NCBI RefSeq assembly: GCF_000315625.1
Contig: NW_005434646.1
Span: forward strand, 638,534 to 702,533
Direction of reading: 5' to 3'
DNA: 64,000 bases
DNA from: Guillardia theta CCMP2712
Taxonomy: Eukaryota; Protista; Cryptophyta
Below, in pieces: positions 33,969-45,851 of the stretch. The position numbers were made by a program, and so were the translations under genes. Position 1 is the first letter of the stretch; every line of letters starts with the position of its first letter. The notes beneath the pieces were generated by a model. The model was given only the letters and a program-made list of their open reading frames with translations, searched no databases and had not been told where the DNA came from.

Positions 33969-36735
33969 ATGGAGCGGTGCACTAGCATGATGCTGATGCT
34001 GGGAGGGGCGCAGGCGCTGGTCATGCCGCATGGAATGTCTTGCGGGGGAAGAGGAAGCCTGACTTGCCTCAGAAGCTCCTCCTACATCTCCCGCCCTCCT
34101 CCCACGTGGTTCGGGAACCCGGGCGGCCTTTTACGGCCACTCCATTGCAGGGGTGTAAGCATCAGGTGTATGGGAGGGGGCGGGGAGGAAAAGGCTGGAG
34201 GAAGAGAGAAGGATCCCTTGGCTCCATACGATGATGCGATTTTCACGGGCGAGATGTACAAGAGCGGCGATGGAACCAAGGTTCTTGAGAGAAGAGACGG
34301 CACCAAGGTAGGGGACCGCAGGCATGCAAGGATCTAAGTGTTGATGGCAGGTGTTGCAGCGAGCAGACGGTGTGCAGGTTGTCAAGGTTCAATGCTCCGG
34401 GTTCTACTGTGTTGATGTGAATGACCGTGTGCGAGCTTCCTCCTCTTCCTCATACCCTGCGGCTAGGTGGAGTCGTTTCAGAAGCCAGGTACAGAATCCG
34501 ATCTGAGTACTTTGGTCACGACGGTGAGTCTGCGAGGGAGGGCCTGATCTCCAGCTCTTGCTCAAGGTGTTCTTGTGCTCCAGGTCAAAGTCATTGTGGG
34601 TGGAGTCGCCCCGCTGCTGATGCCATGGTGCATCAAGAACCAGGGATTGCTGGGAGGAACGCTTACGGTAATGAGGACCATAAAGAGATCGAGCTGATCA
34701 TTCCTCAAGATCGTGCTGGTCGGGATTCTCAGCTCCTTCACCGTCAAGCAGCTGGTGGAGTATCGGGTACACGATGCGCTCAGCCTGTGCAAGGCATGTG
34801 ACGCACGTGATCGGGGCGAAGGACGCTGTTTCAGTGGAGACCGGCCGAGATGATTTGACCTATGTCGATGTCGCCAAGCATGCGTTCGGGGTCTTGGGGT
34901 AGCTCTTGTTTCAGCATGCTTGCAAGTGCTGACACGTCCCTCCTTCCAGGGGCACCGCCGTCTTCGGAATGACGCTGGTCAACAGCCTGGTGAGAACGAA
35001 CCCGGTGAACTCAAGGTTGAGTCTTTTGCCAACAGGGTATTTGTGCGGCATACTCCGCTTTCATTGGAACAACTCTTTCTTCGCTTTCCTCGTCTGAGGT
35101 GTTTTCAACCCGCTCCTTTGTGCCTCGAACTTCAACGTATGATACGTGGCCTCGCAGGGCAACATCATTCACAGCCTAGTTCCAGAACTTTCCTCGAACG
35201 GGTCAGCACAAACATGTGCTACAGAGCTCGCTCATGACATTTTCCTTCAGTTTTCAACTGGCGGCTGCTGCTCTCATTCTCCCCATGAATGCCCTCGCGA
35301 GCAAGTGCGTTGATCTTACGTTCGCTTTCCACCTACTCAAACATTCCATAGCTCCCGCTTCCTCTCCACCGTTGCCTATCTTGGGGCTGGGGCTTTGACG
35401 GTTGGTGTTGGCGCGACTTGCTGGTGAGTCAATGGGATGCTGCTTGCGCCTCCTTCCAGTCATTTCAGTTTGATCGCCTCCTGTCAGGTACGGATTTTCC
35501 GTCACTCCGGATATTTTTGAAAGGCTTTTCACCCTACCCCTCTTCACATCGCCTGTAGAGGTTTGCACCAAGTCTTGCTAGAGACGTCTCTCCTGACAGG
35601 ACAATCTAGTACTTCCGATCGTTTGGAGTGATTCCTCTCCTGTTCTGGTTGGGAGAGTGGTCTTGATCTGTCCATATCTGAGTTTGTTCCAAACAGTGTT
35701 CACTTCGCTGTCCTGCCAATCGAGAGGAGTATGAAGAACAGACAAGCATTTCCTGAAGTCCTTGACAGAGCGACCTTTGCCTGCATTGTGAGACTGATGG
35801 CTCTACTGGCAACTCCCAAATAACCATTGACGTTCTTCCCGTTCTTCCCGGCAGCTGGCCAACTCTCTATTTGGTGTGTTGGGTTTTCTCTTCTTCGGAG
35901 AAGAGACATCGTCGGTCGTACTTGACAATCTAGGTGCGGACTTCAGCATTTGAGCGGAGAGAAGGGACTGACGAGCGGTCAACAGGCAATGGGTCGTTCT
36001 TGACGTGGGTGAAGCTTTCGCTCGTTCTGGACATGCTCGTCAGCTATCCGGTCATGCTCACATCGTCTCGAGAGATCGTTGAGAACGCCATCCTGGGAAG
36101 GTGAGACCTTCCCTCTGCTTCAACGAGCATGCAGTCTGTGAGAGTGCTGCAGTGAAACAAGAAACTCTCTGGTTCAAAGGCTGTTGATCAGGACGATGTT
36201 GATATCGACTGCGTTCCTCATCGCGCAGGTGACGCTTACAGGGATCTGATGTCCTTTCCTTAGATCATCTTGCAGATCAACGATGTGGGGAAGATTTGCA
36301 ACCTGGTCGGAGGAGTATGCCAGGTGCGCTCGGAGATCTCGCTTCCTCCCGCCCTACACTCCCCTGATCTCCCTTTCCTCCTCCTCTCCCTTTCCCCCTC
36401 CTCTCCCTTTCCCCCCATCTATCCCCGCTTGTCCATCACCACAGCCTCTTTCTCACAGCTGTGACGTCGCAGTGTGCTCTCGCTTTCATGATCCCTCCTG
36501 CTCTCGCCATGAGAGCTTCCAAGAACTGGGGCCGTCCAGGGAGCGCTGCTGGAGTGGAGCAGACTATCCCGCAGAGGGTGAAGAAGAGATGGAGTGGCGA
36601 CAAGAGTCTCTGACTAGTATGCAGACCGCAGGGCGAGTAAGCCCATATTCCCCTCGTTCCATGCTCGCCTACTTTATCATTTTCTTCGGCGGGTTCTCCT
36701 CCTTGGCAACCCTCTTCTCCTGTTTCAGCCACTAG
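33969..36735 (+). CDS. Amino acid transporter (AAAP/Aa_trans, SLC36/38-like) with N-terminal presequence, multi-exon
   Basis: KVIVGG..LLMPW.IKNQGLLGG, TYVDVAKHAFG, VLPIERSMKNRQAF, FGVLGFLFFGEETSSVVLDNL, VSYPVML...REIVE, NLVGG, LAFMIPPAL, and a final TM helix. Confidence 0.88.
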
Positions 36736-37559
36736 CAGCCTCCATTCCATGGCATTTTCTAATGCTCGCTTTTGATCATTTTCGAGCGGGGTACTTCAGC
36801 CCAGGATTTTTGAATGGTCGGCGCACTGAAAATTTGTACCAGAAACTTCGATAATGGTTGAAAGTATGTTTGAATCGGGGACCGTGTCGAGCAGTTTTAG
36901 GTTTACAAGTATTCTTGCTTCCTCCAAACAACAAGGTTTCAAACATTAAAACTATTTTTGACCTTACACGCTTTTACACGCCTGGGGGGTGCATATCCAA
37001 CCAAATCGCCTGCCCTACCCTTCCCCCATTGCTCTGCATCCGCACCCGCCGGCGCAGGCGGCGTTTATTTGAATCCCAGATGGCTCTCAGCCAATGGCTC
37101 TTTCATCTTATTCAAGCTCCAGGCCATCCAAGGTTGGATCATGTGTGAATGTTTGTACTTTTGCGGCATACTGCAAGACGACGTTTCAAACAGCTCGAGC
37201 TTGTTTTTCAAAGGAAGCTGTAGGAATCAGCATCGCCATGGATTCCAGAGCCTAGGGCTGTTTTCGAATCCTTTTGATGCTCATTGCAAGATGGAGAATT
37301 GCTCGTTTTTGGTGATCAAGCATCCACAACCCTCTTTCGTATGCTTGAGCTTCGAGCACATCTCTGACTGTAGAGTTGTTTGGTGTCAAGATTGTTTCTC
37401 GTAAAGGATCTCTCTGATTAGGCAATTGATTGTTGTTTTGGTTGGCATTCTACAAGACCCATACTTCCTCCTCTCTGTGTCAACCAAGCACATAAGCATA
37501 AGGCATGTCAGTCGTGTAGGCAACTTGATTGCAAATAGATCGCAAGTGTAAGATCGATG

Positions 37560-38720
37560 AACTATTCAACGCCATGAATGCCGGATGTGAATGAACTTCC
37601 CTCAGGACTTCTCAGTATCAGAACCAGCGAGCTAAGACATAAGGTAGAGTCTCCATTGAATATCATTCCTGCGAATGTAATGTTTTTATCAGTTGTGGGG
37701 AAGAGAAGCATGGAGACAAGCGGGTGCCCAAGCGAATAGGAACATCTTGCGGATGTAGGTTTGGACAAAGACGGCGATGATTCCGAGGTTGTGAAACAGG
37801 CAGCGAAAAGATGCTGAGGTTTTCGGAGTTCATAAACATGGCTTGTGACGAGCATGTCACACGTAAAGCGATGGAAAACAACAAACAAAAATTGTAAAGC
37901 AATCGAAAGCAACGAAAATCAATTGAATACAACAAACAAAATTCTTCTCAAACGTCTTACTCCTTGACTTCAACCACTGATTGAACATCTTTTTGACCTC
38001 GGTCATATCTCGACAAATCCGATTGTACTCCGCCGCTGAACAGAAAGTTGTTAGCGCCATCTTTTCAACGAGTGGTGCCGGGTTTGCAATCGAGAAGTGA
38101 GAGATTTCACAGTATTTATTATTTTCGATGTCGTCTTCATGAAAAAATATATACCCATGCACTCTGAAATTATCGTGGAGATCATCGTTGGCATGCTCCA
38201 ACATGCAAGGAAAGCTGAAGAAACACATTTTTGGTATAGCATTCATTTCATCCGTATCCTTGTAAATTGATTGATAACAATCACGGTTTCCAACCTTGTT
38301 CAAAATTCTTTTCAGGGCCACACAGGGCACTCGATTAGTTATAATGGTTTCGTCTACATGTTCCAAGAGGACTCCATTGTACATGATGTACACTTCGACA
38401 ACCTGTGCATCTGAGTGCAGCGATTTGATCATGCCCAGTCGATTCACTTCAACGCCCCTGTGATCTTCACACTGATATTGAACCCCTGTGCCAGGCTCAA
38501 GAATAATATTCAAATTACTGCTTGGCTTTTTCCAGTACATCCTGGGCAAGTCTCGATCATCAACTGACGTATGCAGGATCATTCGAAGCTTCAAATCTTG
38601 AGGTGTCTTTGACTCATCACAAGTCTCTTCCTGCTCCAAGAATGTATCGAAATCTTCCTGCCTTCGCCTCCCTTGAATTCCATTTGTTGCTGATACACGA
38701 CGGTGAAGATTCATTTGTTG
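37560..38720 (-). CDS. Hypothetical protein (AT-richer long exon ~37930-38720)
   Basis: About 260 open codons of globular-looking sequence; the 5' and 3' exons are unresolved. Confidence 0.55.
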
Positions 38721-39477
38721 GTGTCTATAACTGGAGCGCAAGGGAAAGGGAAGCAACGGGGAGGGAGGGGAGCAGGGGGGAGGGAGGGAGCAGGGAGGAA
38801 GGGAGGGGAGCAGGGAGGGAGGGGAGGGAGGGAGAAGAGCATTGAAGGAGGAGGGGAGGGATACTTGCAATGGAGATCTCAGGATTTTAATGAAAATTAT
38901 TTGCCTTTTGATCGGGGGCAAGGGGACCTGTGTTTCGGTGGCACCCTATAGACATGGGGTAGGTATCTATATAAAACAACCGGTGTAGAAAAAAAAGATT
39001 GCCGTTGCTAGCTGGCATACGACTCCTTGATTTGAAAACAAAAATACTTATTGGCTAGATTTACTACACTCGTCAATGGCTGACACTAATAAGATTTCAT
39101 GAGCGTGTATCGAAATATACGAATAACCCTACCCCCTCCATATCAGACAAACATACCGGTACACAGGGAAGAGAGCAGCCAAGAGGCGTGTAAGCCGGAA
39201 CTCAAATGCTTAAAACAAATATAAAAGAGTACTGAGTGGTACAAATCATTCTGGTACAAAATTGACTAAAAACTGTATGCTTATGATCAAATTAACAGGT
39301 ACAAGTGTTTGTTAAAAGGATATTAATTTATAATTGGGCATTAGTAAATGCCATGGAATGTCTGTCACCGCCGTCCATGACACGGTCAGTAGTCCGAAAC
39401 CGTACTGTACTCATAGCAAAAGCCCCTTGAATTTCAAATACATGAATTTGTTTATTATACTACTAGTTCTTGCGGCC

Positions 39478-42400
39478 ATGAGGATGGGAGGGTACCTGCC
39501 GTCGAGAACGAGGATCCCCGACTGTATCGATGACGCTCTGAAGACCAGCTTCGTTCAGCATCGACCGAATCGTACGAGTAAGGTTGTCATGCGCCGTGGA
39601 AGCTTGGAGGATCGGCGTTTGCAGGTCTGGAGATGATGTGCAGCAACGGAGGGATCGAGCTCGCGCTGACATCCATCANNNNNNNNNNNNNNNNNNNNNN
39701 NNNNNNNNNNNNNNNNNNNNNNNNNNNNNNNNNNNNNNNNNNNNNNNNNNNNNNNNNNNNNNNNNNNNNNNNNNNNNNGCCGCGGGAGAAGAACAACAAC
39801 GCCGACGACCACCATGATGATGACGACCAACAAGAAGCTCCCCCCTCCTCCTCCTCCTCTGCCCAGAAAACACACGACGCCGCCGCCGCCTCCTCCTCCT
39901 CCTCCTCCTCCTCCTCATGCTCATCCCACTCCTCCTCTTCTTCTGACGGCTCGTGGACTGCAGGCCGAGGCGAAGATGCTGCTATGTGAAAACCTAGCAG
40001 GTCGATGGCAAGCGAGCGAACAGACAGGTGAGGCTAGTAGGCGAGGAGGAGGCGGGGACAGAAACGTGACATGTCTTCTCCAAACAGCAAGCTTGAGAGT
40101 AGAATGGACTAACTTCAAGTTCGTCAACACCATCATGGTTGTCCTCTGACTTGTTCCTCCCCTCACGTGACTTGGCTTCTTCCGACAGCACGTCATTCAA
40201 GAGAACTTCCAGCAGTTGGAAACCTTGAGTCTAGACAATAACAGTCTCCAGAGCTTGCAGGAATGCCACTGTCCTCCTTCTTCCGCTGCTGCTGCTGCTC
40301 CTCCTCCTCCTCCTCCTCCTTTTCTTTACACAACGAATTTCACAGCACAAGAAAAACTCTGACGTCACCAGCAGACATTCTCCACTTTGTCGACTCTCTG
40401 TCCGTCCATTCGCAACCTCAGGTGAAACAATCTTCATTCCATCCACTCCCTTTGACTCCTCCATCCCTTCCTTCACCTCCTCCCCTTCACCGTCTTGCCT
40501 TCATCTTGGCTCGTCTCCCCTCCTCTCCTTCTCCTCTCCTGACAGAGCTGCTCTCTCTCCAGCCTTGCCAACAACTTCCTGGAGAGCTCGGAGGAGTTGC
40601 AGTCGTTGCAGGTGAGAGGTCACGGCCGATCTCCATCCTCCTCACCGCCTGCCAAGGGTCTGCAACTGAGAGAACTCCGACTGGAGGGAAATCCCTTCAT
40701 CAAGACTGAGGGAGCGGGTGAGCCCTTAGCCGTTCCTGCTCATCCTCCTGCGTTACCTACTCCTGTTCCTCCTACTCCTTCTCTAACTTCGCTCACTCCT
40801 CCTCCTTCCTGGCCTCCCTCTTGAACTTCTCCCCTCCCGTCGCCGTCTTCCTTGAGTAGCTCTCTGTTCACGTTGGCTGCTCCTTCCTCCTACCCCGTTG
40901 CTGACAGCCTTGCAGACAAAACAGGCTTTCATGGCGTCATCCGAGGTTTCTTTCCCACTCTGATCCTCCTAGACGGCAACGAACTCAAGCCGCTCAAGAT
41001 GTAAACGCCTTGCCCCTATGCCTGCCCTGCCCCTCCTCCTCCTCTTCCCCCCCCCCCCTTTCTCCTCCCCCTCCTCTTCTTCCTCCTTGTCCTCCCCTTC
41101 CTTTCTCTTCTGCTCCCCTTCCTGCCGTTCCCTACTAATGACTTCTCCCCTCCAGCGAATTCAACATCCCCGTCCCCACTTCTCTTCCTCCCAGCCTGGG
41201 AAATTTTTGGGAGGATCGGGTCTTGGAGAAGCCGATCTCCGACTTCATCAACGCCTTCTTTTCCCGCTACGACAGCAGCAGAAACTCCCTCCTGCAGGCC
41301 TACGTCGACACCGCTCTCTTCTCTGTCTCTATTCCCCACTACAAGCGCGACCCTGAAGCTGCTCGCCGCTCCACTCCCGAGAAACTTCCGACGCTTCCTC
41401 CCTCAGAGGCCAAGAACTACCAGGAGGTCTCCCGCAACCTCTTGGACTCTCACGGTGAGCAGTGGGGAAGAGAGAGGAGGAGGAGGGCAGGGCAGATCGC
41501 GGGAGGGAGGTGAGGGGAAGGAGGAGCTTTATTTTGATTTCTTTTCTGTTCAGACAAGACGAGCAAGAAACTTCAGAGCAAACGACTTGCCGTCCTAGCA
41601 ACCCTCGATAAGCTTCCTCCGACTCGGTGACCGTGCCCTCCCTCCCTCCTCTCCTCGTACTTGTCATCAGCTACTCTTCTTCTCCCTTCCTCCACTGCGC
41701 TGTCCCTTGCTCTTGCTGACAGCATAGGGTTGGATGGAGCAGGCACGACCTCTCAAGCTTCAAGGCCGACGCTTTCATTCTCCCTTCCGTCGGCTCCAAC
41801 GTGCAGATGTGCAAGCTGATGCTCACAGGCAACTTTCAAGAGCAGGTCTTTTCCACGTGGAAGGTACTCCTCCCTCCTCCCTCCTCCCTCCTCCCTCCTC
41901 CCTCCTCCCTCCTCCCTCCTTCCTCCTCCCTCCTTCCTGTTTTATTCTCTCTCTGCATCTCCTCGAGTCTCGTTCCCCCTCCTGTTCTCTTTTCCCGGTC
42001 TCCTCCCTCCTCTCCTCCCTCCTCTTCAATCTTTGTTAGTTTCCCTTCCTCGACCACTCCCGCCCTCATTGAATTCCAACATGCTGCTATAGTCCTTACC
42101 TCGCCTACAGGACAGAAGATTTCATCGAACATTCATTCTGTGCTCCCCCCCTCCGGCAGATTCAGCTTCTGCAGGATGGTAATCGACTGCTCTCTTCCCA
42201 TCCTCTTCCTCCTCCTCCTCGTCGACCTCCTTCATCTCTCTCCTCCCTCCTCCTCATTATTCTTCCTCAGGCAAGTTGCCATCTGCAACGACCAGCTCTG
42301 CATCCGCAACGCCTTCCAAGACGAGCGAGGGACACAGGTTGCATAACACCACCACCACCTCCTCCTCCTCCTCCTTCTCCTCCCTCCTCCTCCTCCTCCT

Positions 42401-43070
42401 CCTCCCTCCTCCTCCTTTTCTATCCTCTGCTCTCTCTTCCCTGCTTCCGTTCCCCAAATCTCTATCCGTACCCTCCCCTCTTGGTTCCTTACGTCTGCTC
42501 AGGTGCAGCAGCCTATGGAATCAGCTCCCGTCCAACCTCAACTGCCTCCTGCACCGATGGTGCTACCGTGTTCCTCTTCTCCCTCCCTCCCTCCCTCCAT
42601 TTCTCCTTCCCTCCCTCCATACATACATACATACATCCCCTCCCTCCCTCCCTCATCGTCTGCTCTGCTTCAATTCAACTCTGCCCACTTCATCACCTGC
42701 AAATTTCTTCCTCCCTGCTTCACCTCCTTCACTCTCTCACGCTTCTCCTCCAGCAGGCTCAGCCGACTCCGGATCAAATCTCTCTTACCAATCAGCTCCT
42801 GCAGCTCTGCCCCTGCCCCTCGCATGAGTTGGCTTTCCAGTGAGTCTCCTTCCTCCTCTTTATTCCTCCCCTTTCTCCTTCCCTCCTCCTCCTGTGCTCC
42901 ACTTGTCCTTTCCTCTCTCCTCAACGGCTCCTGAACTCAATTCCTGCTTTCGCTCCTTTCTCCTTCCCCTCCTCTCGCTCTGGTCACTGAATGTCCCTCA
43001 GGTGCCTCCAGCAGTCCAACTGGAATCTTCAAAGTGCCGTACAGAACATGCAGAACTTTCTCGGTTGAGA
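39478..43070 (+). CDS. NXF1: mRNA export factor NXF1/TAP/Mex67 (LRR + NTF2-like + UBA/TAP-C), multi-exon, interrupted by an N gap
   Basis: LRR LETLSLDNNSL..IRNLSLANN..LRELRLEGNPF; NTF2 FINAFFSRYDSSRNSLLQAY...ALFSVS, SRNLL, LDKLP, HDLSSF, FHRTFIL, ICNDQLCIR; UBA CLQQSNWNLQSA. Confidence 0.88.
39679..39778. other. Scaffold gap (100 N)
   Basis: Run of N. Confidence 0.99.
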
Positions 43071-43116
43071 CACTCTGTCACTCCTCTTCATGCCGCTGCG
43101 CTTCCTCCTCCTCCTC

Positions 43117-43216
43117 NNNNNNNNNNNNNNNNNNNNNNNNNNNNNNNNNNNNNNNNNNNNNNNNNNNNNNNNNNNNNNNNNNNNNNNNNNNNNNNNNNNN
43201 NNNNNNNNNNNNNNNN
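43117..43216. other. Scaffold gap (100 N)
   Basis: Run of N between CT microsatellites. Confidence 0.99.
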
Positions 43217-43749
43217 CTCCTCTTTCTTCTCCTTCTCCTCCTCCTCCTCCTCCTGCACCCTCATCCGATCTCGTTGCTTCACCTCCCTCCTCTGAGCCCC
43301 ACTCCCTATATTCATCCTCGCGCGAACTTCATTGAGGCAGTGGCCACTGTTGTATTTTCCTTGCCCTCCCCTCCTCCCCTCCCCTCCTCAATTCTCCTCT
43401 CCTCCCCTCTAAACTTCTCCTCCCCTCCTCCCCTCCTCTCCTCCCCTTTAACCTTCTCCTCCTCTCCTTTAGCCTCCCCACCACTTTTGTCCCTCGTTGA
43501 GGCTCATCGTTTGCATTGAGTTTAATTTTACAAACAGCACAACAAGCGGGAGCTCAAATGGCGCCAACATGAGAAAAGGAATGAGGCGAGTAGAATGAAA
43601 TAAACCCTCTCAGTTCCAACACGCCTCTGCTCTTCAATCATCTCCCTTGCCCTTCTTCGTTATCTCATTCTTCTCCTCCTCCTCCTCCTCCTCCTTCTCC
43701 TTACTCCTCCGTCCTTCACTCCTGTTCCCTCGTCCAGGTCTTCATCTGT

Positions 43750-45263
43750 CATGCCGTCAGTGCCGTCTAGCTGTCGATTCCCGCACCTTCTTCTGTCCTG
43801 ATCGGAGAGCGCCCGAGGGCTTCATGTCGCTCTGCGGTAGGCGAGTCAAGGCAGGGACAAGAGGGAGGGAGGGAACAGGCGAAGAGTCGAGGAGTTAGGA
43901 AGGTGCGAGCACGGACACTAGCAGTGGGAGGAGGAAACAGAGAGTGGAAGGAAGGTGAGAGAGGGAGGAAGAAGAGGAGCGAGGAAGAAGAGGAGCGAGG
44001 GGGAAGGGCGGAGGTTACCGCATCTTTGAGATTGTCCTTGTTCAAGCGCTGCATCCTCTTGTATTCCTCCCAGTTCCTTCGCTCCTCCTCGAGGTCCTCG
44101 ATGGTTTCTGGAGGGTGACATCAGACAAGCTTCCTTCCCTCCCTCCGCTGCCTTACCAACGTCCTTCCCGCTCCTCACGTCAGTGATATCTCCATCCGGC
44201 ACGAACTGCCAGACTTCGTCGTCCTCGTCCTCGTCCTCGTCATCTTCGTCGAGGTCGAAGAGGATCTCGCCTCCCTCCATCCCCAGCGTCTCCTCTGAGT
44301 CCTTGACATGCTGCTGGAAGGACACTTCCTCTATCTTTCCTCGCGCCAGGAACTCCTCGACGGCCTTGGAGGCTCGATCATCGTCGTACGAGTCATCGGC
44401 GACCATCGAGTTCTTCTTCATCTTCACCTTGTCCGCCATCACTTTCCACCTCCTCGGCACCTCGTCCCACGAGTCGATGACCTTAGATCCTCGCTTCATC
44501 TCAATCTCCTGCTTCTTCCGCATGACCTCCTGTGCCGCGAGCTGCTTTCCTTGCTTGGAGGACATCTTCCTTTCTTGGGCGACTGCATGGCGTACGACAT
44601 GCGAATCTCCACCGTCTTCTCCTCTACCGTCACCTCCTTGCGGTCCAGCGAGTCCAACGCCTTCTTCGCCTCCTCCATGGACACAAACTTGACGAACGCG
44701 AACCCGAGCGACGTCGAATTTCTCGCCTTGTCGCGAGCTATTTTGGCGGAGACAGCCTTGAAACCCTGGAAGAGCTTCAGGAGCTCGTCGTCGTTCATGG
44801 AGTAAGGGATGCCTCTGACGTAGAGAGTGTCAGGAATGAGCTGATACCTCGTCCTGTTCTCCATCCCCAGACCTTTGAAGTCCGAGACCCGAGGAGGATG
44901 TTCCATCACATCCTCCCTGAGTTCCCGCTTGAGAATGTCCTGGACATGTGCAGGGACTTCCTTCCTCTTCCTCTCTTTCCCGTCTTCACTGCTCATCATG
45001 ACAAGCTGGATCTTCTCACATGTTGTCCGTGGCGAGAGCACTGGATGCCTCTGTGCAAGCCTCCCCACCATTGCGACCTTTCCCTTCCCTCCTCCTAGAA
45101 TGGAACATCCTGAGACGAATGCTAGGGGTTGCAAGCTTGCGGTGGGATGAAAGGAGGAGGCGGCGGTGAGGAAAAAGGAGGAGGAGGAGGAGGAGGAGGA
45201 GGAGGCAGCCATCATCGCCGCCGCACAGGAGGCGGAGGAGAGGAGGCACAGCAGTTGGTGCAT
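43750..45263 (-). CDS. RRM RNA-binding protein with bipartite (plastid-type) presequence and acidic C-terminal region; apparent frameshift near 44570
   Basis: RNP2 LYVRGIP and RNP1 LGFAFVKF; N-terminal signal-like MHQLLCLLSSASCAAA followed by a Ser-rich transit-like stretch. Confidence 0.78.
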
Positions 45264-45851
45264 GGCCCCATTTTGGATGGGCGCACCTGCTGGTCAGTGA
45301 GGGGAAGAGGGCTCTGGCAGGGAAGACGTTACGACAATTGACAATTCCGTTACAGTGGCTCGTGGTGATCGGACACTGAAGAAGATTTCGGGATGTATGA
45401 AGACTATATGTGAGAATTTGGAATTTCATAATAAGATTTGGGAGAGCTTCCCGAAAGGGGCCCAGAACGGGCTCTCGGAGATAACGCCGTGAGGGATGAC
45501 CTACGCTATGAGCGGAGGGGAAGGGGAGGAGGACCAAGCCAGGGAGAGAGGGAGGGAGGAGGAGAGAGAAGGTACGAGGGTCTTAAGGAATGACAGGCTG
45601 CTAAGAGGAAAGAAGGTCAAGGTTCGCCCTTAGAAGGTAGGGAGGGGTGCGGGAGGTTGGAGGAAAGAAATGAATGCAATAACCCCAGCTGAAACTTTCC
45701 AACTGACCTGATTCGGCGACCAGCAGGAATACGTGTGAGAAGCTCCCTCGGGCAGATGAGAGGCTCCTTGCTGTAGGTCCTGCCGTCTTCGTGCGCACGT
45801 CGTACTACAAGTGTCAGTTGGAAGAAGCGGAAAACAAGCACTGTCTGATCG

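Noticed and set aside
35254-35909. Minus-strand ORFs suggesting a nested gene in the transporter
   Set aside because: The + strand there encodes conserved transporter exons (VLPIERSMKN, FGVLGFLFFG).
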